NCBI GenBank assembly: GCA_963792815.1
Contig: CAWBXR010000011.1
Location: 138,036-202,035 of the forward strand
Length of the DNA stretch: 64,000 nt
Source: an uncultured Gammaproteobacteria bacterium
GTDB taxonomy: Bacteria > Pseudomonadota > Gammaproteobacteria > Pseudomonadales > Halieaceae
Direction of reading: 5' to 3'
Shown here: piece after piece, positions 26,822-36,368 of the stretch
How the letters are laid out: every line of letters begins with the position of its first letter
How positions within the stretch are numbered: the stretch's first letter is position 1
The notes under the pieces: model-generated
Told to the model about the DNA's origin: nothing
What the model saw: the letters and a program-made list of their open reading frames with translations, nothing else
Database searches by the model: none
Program-made: the position numbers and the translations under genes

Positions 26822-27518
26822 TACGCCCGGAACCCCGCGGGCGGGTGAGCTACACCTGTGGTTGTGTCGACGCGCGGCGACAGCTGGCTCCGACGCATTC
26901 CTGCGCGATGTCCTGTCAAACTACACTGAAACCGCCCCGGATCAGTTGAGTGTCACCCGCGGCGCCCACGGCAAGCCGGCACTTGCCTGGCCGTTACTGC
27001 CGCTCGATTTCAACCTCAGCGGCAGCGGCGACTGGCTGGCGATGGCTGTCAGCGACGGTGCCCCGGTCGGTGTCGACATCCAGTACTGCGATCCCGGCCG
27101 CGAGGTGATGCCCCTGGCCCGTCGCTTTTTTCGCGAGCGGGAAGTAGCCGAGCTGCAGGACTGCGCGCCGGCGCAGCGCAGCGACCGGTTTTACGAGTAC
27201 TGGACGCTCAAGGAAGCCCATATCAAGGCTGCCGGCGGGTCCCTCGGGCTCGAGCTCGAGAAAACCGGATTTATTCTCAGCTTTCCGCAGGCCGCCGACT
27301 CCATCGGATCGACCGGTACTATCGTCCCGCTGGGGCCTGAATCTGCCGCGGCCGCCTGGTATGGCCTGGTGCAGCCCTTTGCCGACTACAGGCTGGCTAT
27401 TTGTTGCCACGCCTTGCGGGATTTCAGCACCGGCATCCGCTTGTGCGATCTGCCCGGCAGCAGTTATTCTGTCGACCATCCGTTCGATTTGCGAGCAGTT
27501 TCCCGATCGCCGACTTAA
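26784..27518 (+). CDS. Sfp-type 4'-phosphopantetheinyl transferase
   Basis: FNLSGSGDWLAMAV, GVDIQ and YWTLKEAHIKAAG motifs. The only in-frame ATG is at 26784 (38-nt overlap with the upstream gene), so the start is uncertain. Confidence 0.75.
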   Translation: MTAPSARKSSDSNTPGTPRAGELHLWLCRRAATAGSDAFLRDVLSNYTETAPDQLSVTRGAHGKPALAWPLLPLDFNLSGSGDWLAMAVSDGAPVGVDIQYCDPGREVMPLARRFFREREVAELQDCAPAQRSDRFYEYWTLKEAHIKAAGGSLGLELEKTGFILSFPQAADSIGSTGTIVPLGPESAAAAWYGLVQPFADYRLAICCHALRDFSTGIRLCDLPGSSYSVDHPFDLRAVSRSPT

Positions 27519-27537
27519 CCCGCGGAGTGCTTCCCAG

Positions 27538-28815
27538 TTGACTGTTCAGCCCTACCCCGATTCCTACTACGCGGCCACCCGCAACCCCGATCCCGGCTAC
27601 CCCGCGCTGGCGGAGCAGATCGAGGCGGATGTGTGTATTTGCGGCGGCGGTTTCACGGGGGTGGCCACTGCGCTGAGCCTCGCCGAGCGCGGCTACTCGG
27701 TGGTCGTGCTGGAGCAGCACCGCATAGGCTGGGGCGCCTCGGGCCGTAACGGCGGCCAGGTGATAGGCGGTTTCAGCGGTGAGGAGCTTATGGCCAGGCG
27801 CCTTGGGCCCGAGGTGAGGGACCTGATCTGGGACATCGGCTGGCGCGGCAACTCGATCATCGCCGAGCGGGTGGACAAATACGCGATCGACTGTGATTTC
27901 AAGTACGGCTATATGGATGTGGCGCTCAAGCCACGCCACATGCGCGCCTTCGAGGCCTATCACGCAGAGCTGTCACGCCGCGGCTTTGCCGACGCGATTC
28001 GCATGGTGGGGCCCAACGAGATGCGCTCGGTGCTTGGCAGCGACGCCTATATCGGCGGTCTGATCAATCAGCGCAGCGGCCACCTCCACCCACTGAACCT
28101 GTGCCTTGGGGAGGCCAGGGCGGCGGCGGGCCTGGGCGTTCGCCTGTTTGAGGGCAGCGAGGTTATGTCCATCGAGCACGGCGCACAGCCTGTGGTTAAC
28201 ACCGCCGGCGGCCGGGTAAAGGCCGCGGCCGTGGTGCTGGCGGGCAACGCCTACCAGCAGATAGAAACCAGGCACCTGCCCGGCCAGGTGTTTCCGGCGG
28301 GCAGTTTCATCATTGCCACCGAGCCACTGAGCGAGGCACTGGCGCGGGAGATAAACCCCCTGGACATGGCGTTTTGTGATCCCAACTACGTGCTGGATTA
28401 TTTCCGCCTGTCGCCGGACCGGCGCCTGTTGTTCGGCGGTCGCTGCAATTACTCGGGCCGTGTGCCCGCCAGTATCCGGCGCAGCATCGAGCCGCGCATG
28501 CACAAAATTTTCCCGCAGCTGCGCAATACCCGCATCGATTACGAGTGGGGCGGCAATATCGGCATCGTGGTCAACCGGGTGCCGGTAATCGGGCGCCTGC
28601 GGGACAATGTCTACTACTCGCTGGGGTATTCCGGCCACGGGGTCAACATGACCCATGCCGCCGGTGAGATCGTGGCGGAGGCTATCGGTGGGACCATGGA
28701 GAAACTGGACCTGTTCGAACGCGTCGGTCACTGGCGCATCCCCCTGGGCCAGGCTCTCAGTGGTCAGCTGGTGGCGCTGGGGATGTTGTACTACCGCATG
28801 CTCGACAGGTTGTAG
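27538..28815 (+). CDS. FAD-dependent oxidoreductase (PuuB/OrdL-like)
   Basis: ICGGGFTGVATALSLAERG dinucleotide-binding motif near the N-terminus. A TTG at 27538 avoids the 158-nt overlap implied by the ORF-track start 27361. The start is uncertain. Confidence 0.7.
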   Translation: MTVQPYPDSYYAATRNPDPGYPALAEQIEADVCICGGGFTGVATALSLAERGYSVVVLEQHRIGWGASGRNGGQVIGGFSGEELMARRLGPEVRDLIWDIGWRGNSIIAERVDKYAIDCDFKYGYMDVALKPRHMRAFEAYHAELSRRGFADAIRMVGPNEMRSVLGSDAYIGGLINQRSGHLHPLNLCLGEARAAAGLGVRLFEGSEVMSIEHGAQPVVNTAGGRVKAAAVVLAGNAYQQIETRHLPGQVFPAGSFIIATEPLSEALAREINPLDMAFCDPNYVLDYFRLSPDRRLLFGGRCNYSGRVPASIRRSIEPRMHKIFPQLRNTRIDYEWGGNIGIVVNRVPVIGRLRDNVYYSLGYSGHGVNMTHAAGEIVAEAIGGTMEKLDLFERVGHWRIPLGQALSGQLVALGMLYYRMLDRL

Positions 28816-28895
28816 GCTGCGCTGACATAGGATCCGGGGACTGTTCCTGCTAGACTGGCGCCCGTTCATCAGCCGCCAGCCTAGCCGACGCCATT

Positions 28896-29603
28896 ATGCT
28901 TATCGACCAGTATTACACTGCCGACAACGGCAAAATCAGCTTTACCCGCGAGCAGGGCAGTAATTTTGCCAAGCAGGTAGCGGACGACTTCAACCCCATA
29001 CACGATGTCGATGCCAGGCGCTTCTGCATCCCCGGCGACCTGCTGTTTGCTATTATCCTCGCGCGCTACGGCCTCAGCCGGCACATGGAATTCGGGTTCA
29101 CCGGTATGGTGGTCGATGGCGTAGAGCTGCTGCTGCCGGAGCCGGCGGAGGAGCTGTCGGTCAATGACGCCGGCGGCAAGCAGTACCTTACCATCCGGCG
29201 TACCGGCGAGAGCACCCGGGATCCGGCGCTTATCGACAAGCTCACGCGCAGCTATGGCGAATTTTCAGGTCATACTTTCCCGCACCTGCTGGTGCCAGTG
29301 CTTGCTGAACAAAACGTGATGATCAATCCCGAGAGGCCTATGGTCATGTATGAAAGTATGAACATCGACCTGGACAGGCTGGACGTTGAGGCGCTCGCGC
29401 TGGAAATGGACCACACGGAACTGAATATCAATGGCAAGCGCGGCGAGATCGAACTGGCGTTCAACCTGGTAGATGACGGTAAGCTTGTCGGGCGGGGCAG
29501 GAAGCACATGATTCTCAGTGGTCTGCGTGAATACGACCAGAAGGCCATGGACGAGATCGTGGCCAGCCTCAATCAGCGCAAACTGGATTTCATGCCGCGC
29601 TGA
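28896..29603 (+). CDS. hypothetical protein, possible hotdog/MaoC-like fold
   Basis: 235-aa ORF. FAKQVADDFNPIHD resembles the MaoC-dehydratase DxNPxH motif. Otherwise unrecognised. Confidence 0.45.
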   Translation: MLIDQYYTADNGKISFTREQGSNFAKQVADDFNPIHDVDARRFCIPGDLLFAIILARYGLSRHMEFGFTGMVVDGVELLLPEPAEELSVNDAGGKQYLTIRRTGESTRDPALIDKLTRSYGEFSGHTFPHLLVPVLAEQNVMINPERPMVMYESMNIDLDRLDVEALALEMDHTELNINGKRGEIELAFNLVDDGKLVGRGRKHMILSGLREYDQKAMDEIVASLNQRKLDFMPR

Positions 29604-29613
29604 CCACCGGGCG

Positions 29614-31344
29614 CTATCCCTTGGTCACCAGTATGTCTTCCATCACCAGGTATTCCAGGTCCGAACCGAAGAACATCTCCAGGGCATCGAGGGGTGAGCA
29701 CACCATTGCCTCGCCCCGGCGATTGAGCGAAGTATTCAGCACCACGCCGTTGCCGGTCAGTCTTTCCATTTCCTCCATCAGCGCGTAGTAGACGTCGTTA
29801 AGCCCCGGCTCCAGCGCCTGGGCGCGGGCGGTGCCGTCCTCGTGCACTACCTCGGGCACCCTGGTTTTCCATGCATCGTTCACCTCGAAGGTAAAGGTCA
29901 TGAAAGGGGCCGGGTGATCCACTGCAAACATCTGCGGCGCCACCCGGCTGAGCATGCTCGGGCAGAACGGGCGCCAGCGCTCGCGAAATTTTATCTGGGC
30001 GTTGATACGGTCCGCCACGCCGGGGCTGCTGGGGCAGCCAAGGATCGAGCGGCCGCCCAGGGCCCGCGGTCCGAATTCCATCCTGCCCTGGAACCAGGCC
30101 ACCGGGTTGCCCGCCACCAGCAGGCCGGCAGTTTCCGCCGCCGCATTGTCGAGCCTGCGCCAGCGGGGTTTGCCCGGGTGCTGCTCGCAGGCGGCAATCA
30201 CCTGTGCGCTGCTGTAAGCGGGGCCCAGGTAGACGTGCTCCATCTTCTGTACCGCAACGCCGCGGCGCTCCGAGGCATAGGCCGCCGCACCTATAGCCGT
30301 TCCCGAGTCCCCCGATGCCGGCTGCACGAACAATTCCTTCACCTCGTTGCGGGCGATGATCTTCTGGTTGAGCTTGACGTTGAGCGCGCCGCCACCGGCG
30401 AAGGCCAGCCTGCCGGTCTCGCTGATAATGTCTCCCAGGTAATGATCCATCATCTGCAGGGCGAGTTTCTCGAACAGGGCCTGCATGCTGGCGGCATAGT
30501 GTATATAGGGCTCGTCGGCCACATCGCCCTCGCGCATGGGTCCCAGCCAGTCGACCAGCCTGTCGCTGAAGTAGTAACCCCTGCCCCTGCGCTTGTGGCG
30601 GCGCAGGCCGATGACATTGGCGTAGCGGGTGTCGATCTGCAGTTCGCCCCCCTCGAAGCTGGCCAGGCGGGAGAAATCGAATCGTTGCGGATCACCGTAG
30701 GGCGCCATGCCCATCACCTTGTACTCGCCGTCGAGCATGTCGAAGCCAAGGAACTCGGTAATGGCGCCGTACAGTCCGCCCAGGGAGTCCGGGTCGATGA
30801 ACTCCTTGATGGTGTGAATCCTGCGGTGCTCGCCGTAGCCGAAGAACGTGGTGGCGTACTCGCCCTTACCGTCGATGCCCATGATCGCGGTTTTTTCGCC
30901 GAAGCCGCTGCAGTGGTAGGCGCTGGAAGCATGCGCCAGGTGGTGTTCCACCGGGTCCAGGGCTACCCGGGCCGGGTCGATGCCCAGTTGCTCCAGCAGG
31001 CCGATGATCCGTCCCCGGTAGCGGCGGTAGCGACGATTGCCGTTGAACAGCGCGTCGAGTGCGCGGTCCGGCGCGTACCAGTAGCGTCGGGCGTAATGCC
31101 AGCGGTGTGGCCTGGTGATGGGGATGGGGGCGAAGGGTATGGCCACCACATCGACAGCGCCCGGCCCGATGCCCGCCTGCTCCAGGCAGAACCTGGCGGA
31201 CTCCAGTGGCAGTCGATTTTTGGCGTGCTTGTCGCGGACAAAGCGCTCTTCCTCCGCCGCCGCCACCAGGGCGCCATCGATGTACAGCGCGGCGGAAGGG
31301 TCGTGGTTCAGCGCGCCGGACAGGCCCAGTACGGTCAGTGCCAC
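29614..31344 (-). CDS. NodU/CmcH-family carbamoyltransferase
   Basis: 576 aa. The N-terminus LGLSGALNHDPSAALYIDGALVAAAEEERFVRDKH and overall length are typical of the family. Confidence 0.8.
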   Translation of the reverse strand: MALTVLGLSGALNHDPSAALYIDGALVAAAEEERFVRDKHAKNRLPLESARFCLEQAGIGPGAVDVVAIPFAPIPITRPHRWHYARRYWYAPDRALDALFNGNRRYRRYRGRIIGLLEQLGIDPARVALDPVEHHLAHASSAYHCSGFGEKTAIMGIDGKGEYATTFFGYGEHRRIHTIKEFIDPDSLGGLYGAITEFLGFDMLDGEYKVMGMAPYGDPQRFDFSRLASFEGGELQIDTRYANVIGLRRHKRRGRGYYFSDRLVDWLGPMREGDVADEPYIHYAASMQALFEKLALQMMDHYLGDIISETGRLAFAGGGALNVKLNQKIIARNEVKELFVQPASGDSGTAIGAAAYASERRGVAVQKMEHVYLGPAYSSAQVIAACEQHPGKPRWRRLDNAAAETAGLLVAGNPVAWFQGRMEFGPRALGGRSILGCPSSPGVADRINAQIKFRERWRPFCPSMLSRVAPQMFAVDHPAPFMTFTFEVNDAWKTRVPEVVHEDGTARAQALEPGLNDVYYALMEEMERLTGNGVVLNTSLNRRGEAMVCSPLDALEMFFGSDLEYLVMEDILVTKG

Positions 31345-31362
31345 GGGCTCAACCCGACCGGC

Positions 31363-33243
31363 TCAGGGCACATACCAGATGGGAGAGGTATAGGCGCGTT
31401 CCTGGATGGCGGCCGGGTAGGGCTCCGGCGGCGGTATCTTCAGCGCAGCCGCATCGTAAGTCGAATGTCGCGGTGTCGGTATCTGCAGTACGCGCACGTA
31501 GTAGAACGCGCTCTGCTCCGGGTCGAATTCCGGGTCCTCCCACACGGTGGCCAGTTGCGCCGCGCCTATGGTGTTGGCGTAGCTGGCGCCGGCCTCGTCC
31601 ACGGTATTGCCAACCGGGGGCAGCGAGCCATTGGCCAGTGGCAGGCGTTCGCCGGACCAGGCCACATCAAATATTTTCTCCCGGCTGTTCCCTCCGGCGT
31701 CGAGCCAGCCCTTGATCACCTGGACCCGGTCCAGGTTGGCGCCCCTGGGGTCCTTCTGGGCGCTGATCAGCAGCCTGATGCCGCCGGGGGCCGCGCTGGC
31801 GCCCGCAAGCTCGCCGCCCATGGGCACGCCGCCGGCATAGCCCAGGTTTGCCAGGTCGGGGGACTCCGCGTCCTCAGGAACAAAGTTCCAGCCGGCAAAC
31901 AGTCGCAACCCGATGCGGGGCCCGGTGGTGGCGTACACTTCACGCCGCTGCATGGCATCGAAAATACCCTGGCGGGTATTTTCCGTGGCCCATACCGCCG
32001 CCATTCCCGCCGCCGCCATGTCCCAGCCGACCGCTTTCACGCCACCCAGGGAGTCACCGGTCTTGTTTTCGGGAATGGAGTCATAGGCCATCTTGCCCCA
32101 GAAATTCTCCTCCTCCGCACTGGACAGGCCGGTGTGGGCGTCGGTGGAACCGATCAGGCCGAACTGGAAGGGGTTGGAACCCGCTTTGCGCTTGATCTGC
32201 AGTCCCCGGCCCAGGGCGGGCCTGACAAAGTCACCCACCGCCGCGCGGTAGCCCTGCCAGTCCTGCTGGAGGTAGAACTCGAAAGGCTCAAACCCGGCGA
32301 AGGGATCTTCCGGGGACAGGCTGGGGTGGGTTTCGGAGTCGCCCTTGATCTGGGTCATTTCCACCACCGGCTCCCAGCGCCGCCGGGTTTTTATATATTC
32401 GGCGCTCATGGGTTCGCCGCGCAGGGTGGTCTCGTCGAACATATAGCCTTTGGAGATATTGGAATTGTGCGGGATGGCGATGAACTGGCTTCCCGTGCGA
32501 GAGGACGTGGCCTCCAGCCAGGCCCAGAGGTCTTCCGGGTACTGGCTCTGGTCCGACCCGTAGGGCATGTACTGGGCTGCCTGCTCCCCGCCATTGGGGG
32601 TGACCACCACCCGGTGCAGGTTAGCCCCCGCGGGAATCGAGCTCCACTCCCAGCCCAGCAGGGCGGTGAAGCGCCCGGGGTCGTTATTGGCCTCCGCCGC
32701 GGCGATGGTTTCGTTCCAGCTGGTGACAACGGTGGGTGAGATATCCCCCAGTGAGTCGTTCAGGGGTGTATTACCCGAGTCCAGAACCGGGTCGTCGCCC
32801 CACTGGTCCAGTCTCACGGGCAGCAGATCCCTGAAAACGACAGGGCCGTAGCCGGTCCACATGGCCAGCCGTATCGTCCATGCCGAGAACCAGCGTTTCA
32901 CCGCCGGCCAGCCGGAGAGCTCGCCGAACTCCTCCCGGTGGTTGACGATGGCCCGCAGCACTCCCATGCCCTCCGCGTGATCGGATACCACCAGGAAGTC
33001 CAGCGGTGTGTCGATGCGCACCCGGGCGCGGTGGTAGGAGTGAATCACCGGCAGACCCCGCGCCCAACGGTACGCGGTGTCCGGGTCGACGGAATCGTTC
33101 TGGTTGAGGAACGCATCGAACGAGTAGGAGGTGTGCAGGTGTGTATCGCCCCAGTACAACCGGGTCGGCTCGGCGGCGGTGGGGCCAGCGCAGAATAGCA
33201 CGGACACCAGTACTGCCAGGGCGGCGCTGAATCGCTTGTTCAT
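31363..33243 (-). CDS. DUF3604-family secreted metal-dependent protein
   Basis: Start moved to ATG 33243 (MNKRFSAALAVLVSVLFCAG signal peptide, GGAGGA 8 nt upstream). YWGDTHLHTSYSFDAF is the hallmark N-terminal motif. Confidence 0.75.
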   Translation of the reverse strand: MNKRFSAALAVLVSVLFCAGPTAAEPTRLYWGDTHLHTSYSFDAFLNQNDSVDPDTAYRWARGLPVIHSYHRARVRIDTPLDFLVVSDHAEGMGVLRAIVNHREEFGELSGWPAVKRWFSAWTIRLAMWTGYGPVVFRDLLPVRLDQWGDDPVLDSGNTPLNDSLGDISPTVVTSWNETIAAAEANNDPGRFTALLGWEWSSIPAGANLHRVVVTPNGGEQAAQYMPYGSDQSQYPEDLWAWLEATSSRTGSQFIAIPHNSNISKGYMFDETTLRGEPMSAEYIKTRRRWEPVVEMTQIKGDSETHPSLSPEDPFAGFEPFEFYLQQDWQGYRAAVGDFVRPALGRGLQIKRKAGSNPFQFGLIGSTDAHTGLSSAEEENFWGKMAYDSIPENKTGDSLGGVKAVGWDMAAAGMAAVWATENTRQGIFDAMQRREVYATTGPRIGLRLFAGWNFVPEDAESPDLANLGYAGGVPMGGELAGASAAPGGIRLLISAQKDPRGANLDRVQVIKGWLDAGGNSREKIFDVAWSGERLPLANGSLPPVGNTVDEAGASYANTIGAAQLATVWEDPEFDPEQSAFYYVRVLQIPTPRHSTYDAAALKIPPPEPYPAAIQERAYTSPIWYVP

Positions 33244-33269
33244 GTAGCTGTCCTCCGGGCCGCAGCTGA

Positions 33270-34937
33270 TCAACCGGCTTTACGCTGGCGGGAGGCGGAT
33301 TTTGGTTTAACCGCAGGTCTGGCCGCCCGGGCGGTTTTTTTGGCTGCCGGGGCGGCCCGGGTTTTTGCCCTGGGTGTCGCTGTGGCCTTTTTAACCGTTG
33401 TCTTACTGGTCCTGGTTTTGGCCTTGGCTTTTTTGGCCTTGGCTTTTTTGGCAGTGGCCTTCTTGGTCGTAGCCCTCGCCGGGACCGCTTTGCGCCTGGT
33501 TGGAGCGCTGCCCACGGTAGCGGCCAGCAGCGCGTCGAAACTTTCCTGCAGGCACTGGCGGTAGAAATCGGGATCTGGCATCAGCTCCCGGCAGGAGGTG
33601 ATTGATATGCTGAACTCGCCGCAGTAGCTGCTGATGACATGGAACAAGCCCACGCTGTCCAGCACCGGCCCGGTGCCCAGGTTGGACAACATCTTTGCGC
33701 CGGTGTTGTACAGCGGCTCCTGGGGCCCCGGTACATTGGTGATCACGCAGTTATACATGGGCTTGATCTGGTTCATCAGGTTCCAGCGGCTGGCCAGGCG
33801 CGCGGCCTGGGCGGTGAGGGTGCTGGGAATGAACTGGGTGTAGTCGGTCATGGACTTGGCGCCGATCGCGTTGGCCAGTTCCTTGGCCTCCAGCGCGTGC
33901 TGGTGCACCGCTGCCAGTCGCTCCGCAGGGTTTTCGATATCGTTGCGCAGGAGCACCGCCATGGCCGACACCACATTGCCCGCGGTGCCTTTGTCGGAGG
34001 GATCGCGCACATTGATAGGCGCCATGGCGACCAGGCTGGCTTCCGGCAGTTCGCCCTTGGCCTCCAGGTAGCGACGCAGGCCGCCGCCACACAGGGTGAT
34101 CGCCACGTCGTTGACGGTAGCCCCGGGCACCGCATTCTTGATGGCCTTGATGTCGCTCAGGGGGAACCTGGCGGCATCGAAAACCCGGTGGGCGGACACG
34201 GCCGCGTTGAAGCGGGTGCGGGGTACGTCCGGAATCCGGTGCAGTTCGCCCTTGCGCAGGCGGGCATAGGCCCGGGCAAAGCCGGGTACCGTATTGCGGG
34301 CGACGGAAATCATCCGGAAGGGCTGCCTGAGATTGTTCAGCTGGGAGCGCAGCACCAGTTCCAGCGGCCCGGGCGTTCGGGTGACTTCGATCTCGTGGGG
34401 TTCGGCATTCTGGTGGGCATCGGGGCTGAGGTCGTGCAGCGCAGCGGTGATTTCCATCCCGGAGGCGCCGTCGACGGCGGCATGATGCATCTTGGTAAAG
34501 ATGGCGAAACAGCCAGGCGGGTAGCCTTTGATATTGTCCAGGCCTTCGATGACATACATCTCCCACAGGGGGCGGCCGCGGTCCAGGGGGCGGGCGTGCA
34601 GGCGCGCCACCTGGATGCACAGCTGGCGCCAGTCTCCCGGGGCGGGCAGCGCGATATGGCGGATATGGAACTCCGGATCAAAGCTGCCGTCCGACACCCA
34701 ATAGGGGTGATCAAGCCCGAGGGGCACGGTCAACAGGTGCCGGGACAGGATAGGCAGGCGCTTGATGCGGTTGGTGGTGTTTTCAATAATTTCCTTGAAG
34801 CGCACCTTGCCTCCCGGCGCCGTGGACTGGTCGTATATGGCCAGGCTGGAGATGTGCATCGGGGCGTTGGCTGTCTCGAGATACAGGAACGAGGCGTCGA
34901 GTCCGGAAAGTTGTCGCATTGGCTGGAATCCTGTCAA
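33270..34937 (-). CDS. wax ester synthase/diacylglycerol acyltransferase (WS/DGAT) with basic Lys/Ala-rich C-terminal tail
   Basis: LDASFLYLE N-terminus and the HHAAVDGASG (HHxxxDG) catalytic motif. The last 77 aa contain 29 K/R and no D/E (my count). Confidence 0.85.
   Translation of the reverse strand: MTGFQPMRQLSGLDASFLYLETANAPMHISSLAIYDQSTAPGGKVRFKEIIENTTNRIKRLPILSRHLLTVPLGLDHPYWVSDGSFDPEFHIRHIALPAPGDWRQLCIQVARLHARPLDRGRPLWEMYVIEGLDNIKGYPPGCFAIFTKMHHAAVDGASGMEITAALHDLSPDAHQNAEPHEIEVTRTPGPLELVLRSQLNNLRQPFRMISVARNTVPGFARAYARLRKGELHRIPDVPRTRFNAAVSAHRVFDAARFPLSDIKAIKNAVPGATVNDVAITLCGGGLRRYLEAKGELPEASLVAMAPINVRDPSDKGTAGNVVSAMAVLLRNDIENPAERLAAVHQHALEAKELANAIGAKSMTDYTQFIPSTLTAQAARLASRWNLMNQIKPMYNCVITNVPGPQEPLYNTGAKMLSNLGTGPVLDSVGLFHVISSYCGEFSISITSCRELMPDPDFYRQCLQESFDALLAATVGSAPTRRKAVPARATTKKATAKKAKAKKAKAKTRTSKTTVKKATATPRAKTRAAPAAKKTARAARPAVKPKSASRQRKAG
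33420..33449. repeat. 15-nt tandem repeat GGCCTTGGCTTTTTT x2 (plus degenerate flanking copies) inside the WS/DGAT tail
   Basis: Perfect duplication at 33420..33434 and 33435..33449. On the coding (minus) strand it encodes the KKAKA KKAKA repeat. Confidence 0.8.
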
Positions 34938-35075
34938 TTATTGTGCGGCCGCTGAGGATAACAGGAAATGCACCCTTATTGGGGCATGCCCAATGCCCTT
35001 AAGGCGTGGAATTTAACGCCGCCTGCAACTATGCTTTCAGATGATGTTGACGGCTCGGGAGAGCGACAAACGGTT

Positions 35076-36023
35076 ATGGAATTCAGGGATTACTACAAGA
35101 TATTGGGTGTAGACCCTGATGCCGATGACAAGGCGATAAAGGCGGCCTACCGCCGTCTGGCCCGCAAGTATCACCCCGATGTCAGCGCCGAGGAGGATGC
35201 CGAGGAGAAATTCAAGGAATTGGCCGAGGCTTACGAGGTACTCAAGGACTCGGAGAAGCGCGCCCAGTACGACATGATCCGCCAGCATGGCGGAGAGGGA
35301 CCTTTCCAGCCCCCGCCGGGCTGGCAAGGCGGGGGCTTCGATTCCGCCGGCGGCGAATTCGAGGGCGGCTTCTCGGACTTTTTCGAGGAAATTTTCGGGC
35401 AGGCCCGGCACGGCTCGCGGCAGGGTCACTCGCGGGAACACTATGCCCGGCGCGGAGAGGATATCGAGCTTGCGCTGGCAATTTTCCTCGAGGATGCCTT
35501 CCGGGGCGAGTCGCGTGCAATCAGCTACGAGGTCCCGGGGTTTGACGAGCGGGGCCGCCTGGTAAGGCAGCAGCGCAATCTCAAGGTGAAGATTCCCGCA
35601 GGGATCACCGAGGGCGAACGCATTCGCCTGAAGGGGCAGGGCGCCCCGGGTATTGGCGATGCTCCCGCCGGCGACCTCTACCTGCAGATCCGCTTTGCGC
35701 CGCACCCCCTGTACCTGGTGGAAGGCGACACCCTGACCCTGACTGTGCCGCTGGCACCCTGGGAAGCGGCGCTGGGTTGCAAGCTGCAGGTGCCCACCCT
35801 GGACGGTTTGATCAACCTGACGGTACCGGCCAACAGCCAGAACGGAAAACGTATGCGCATCAAGGGCAAGGGGCTGGGCAAAGCCGGCAAGCGCGGCGAC
35901 CTGTATGTCGTGCTCCGCCTGACCATGCCCGCAGCCGCGACTGAGAAAGAACAGGCACTCTGGCGGCAATTATCCGAGGAATCCAACTTTGACCCACGCG
36001 AGAACTGGGGGAAATCAGGATGA
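35076..36023 (+). CDS. cbpA: curved-DNA-binding protein CbpA (DnaJ-like)
   Basis: Start at ATG 35076 ([12 protein letters not shown]...[17 protein letters not shown]-domain). No zinc-finger region, and followed by cbpM with a 4-nt overlap. Confidence 0.85.
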   Translation: MEFRDYYKILGVDPDADDKAIKAAYRRLARKYHPDVSAEEDAEEKFKELAEAYEVLKDSEKRAQYDMIRQHGGEGPFQPPPGWQGGGFDSAGGEFEGGFSDFFEEIFGQARHGSRQGHSREHYARRGEDIELALAIFLEDAFRGESRAISYEVPGFDERGRLVRQQRNLKVKIPAGITEGERIRLKGQGAPGIGDAPAGDLYLQIRFAPHPLYLVEGDTLTLTVPLAPWEAALGCKLQVPTLDGLINLTVPANSQNGKRMRIKGKGLGKAGKRGDLYVVLRLTMPAAATEKEQALWRQLSEESNFDPRENWGKSG

Positions 36024-36334
36024 GTGAGACCAGCTATTACCTGACCCTTACGGAGCTGACACAGAGTGTCCGGCTCAGTACCGATACTGTCATTACCATA
36101 GTCGACTGCGGCATCGTTGCGCCTAGGGGTGAACAGCCCCAGCAATGGCTGTTTGAGCCGCAGATGGTGAAGCTGATCCAACGCGCCTGTCGCCTGCAGC
36201 GTGACCTCGAACTGGACTGGCCCGCGGTAGCCCTGGCCCTTGACCTGATTGAAGACCTGCAGCAACTGCGGGAGGAAAACCAGCGCCTGCGGCGGCAACT
36301 TTCGATTCTGATGGACCTGGATACAGCCAGTTGA
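36020..36334 (+). CDS. cbpM: chaperone modulatory protein CbpM (MerR-like)
   Basis: 104 aa, overlapping the cbpA stop. This is the typical cbpA-cbpM pairing and size. Confidence 0.75.
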   Translation: MSETSYYLTLTELTQSVRLSTDTVITIVDCGIVAPRGEQPQQWLFEPQMVKLIQRACRLQRDLELDWPAVALALDLIEDLQQLREENQRLRRQLSILMDLDTAS

Positions 36335-36368
36335 TCTCTACCCGCGCACCCTGCGCAGGTATCTCCAA

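Noticed and set aside
27361-27537. ORF-track start (27361) for the FAD oxidoreductase
   Set aside because: It would overlap the PPTase gene by 158 nt and add a Cys/Pro/Ala-rich leader before the GxGxxG fold. A TTG at 27538 is preferred, though unverified.
29842-32739. 965-aa plus-strand ORF, the longest in the track after the cyclase
   Set aside because: It runs antisense across two well-supported minus-strand genes (carbamoyltransferase and DUF3604) and their intergenic gap. Its translation is Arg/Gly/Ala/Pro/His-rich with no recognisable motifs. This is the classic stop-poor antisense frame of high-G+C DNA.
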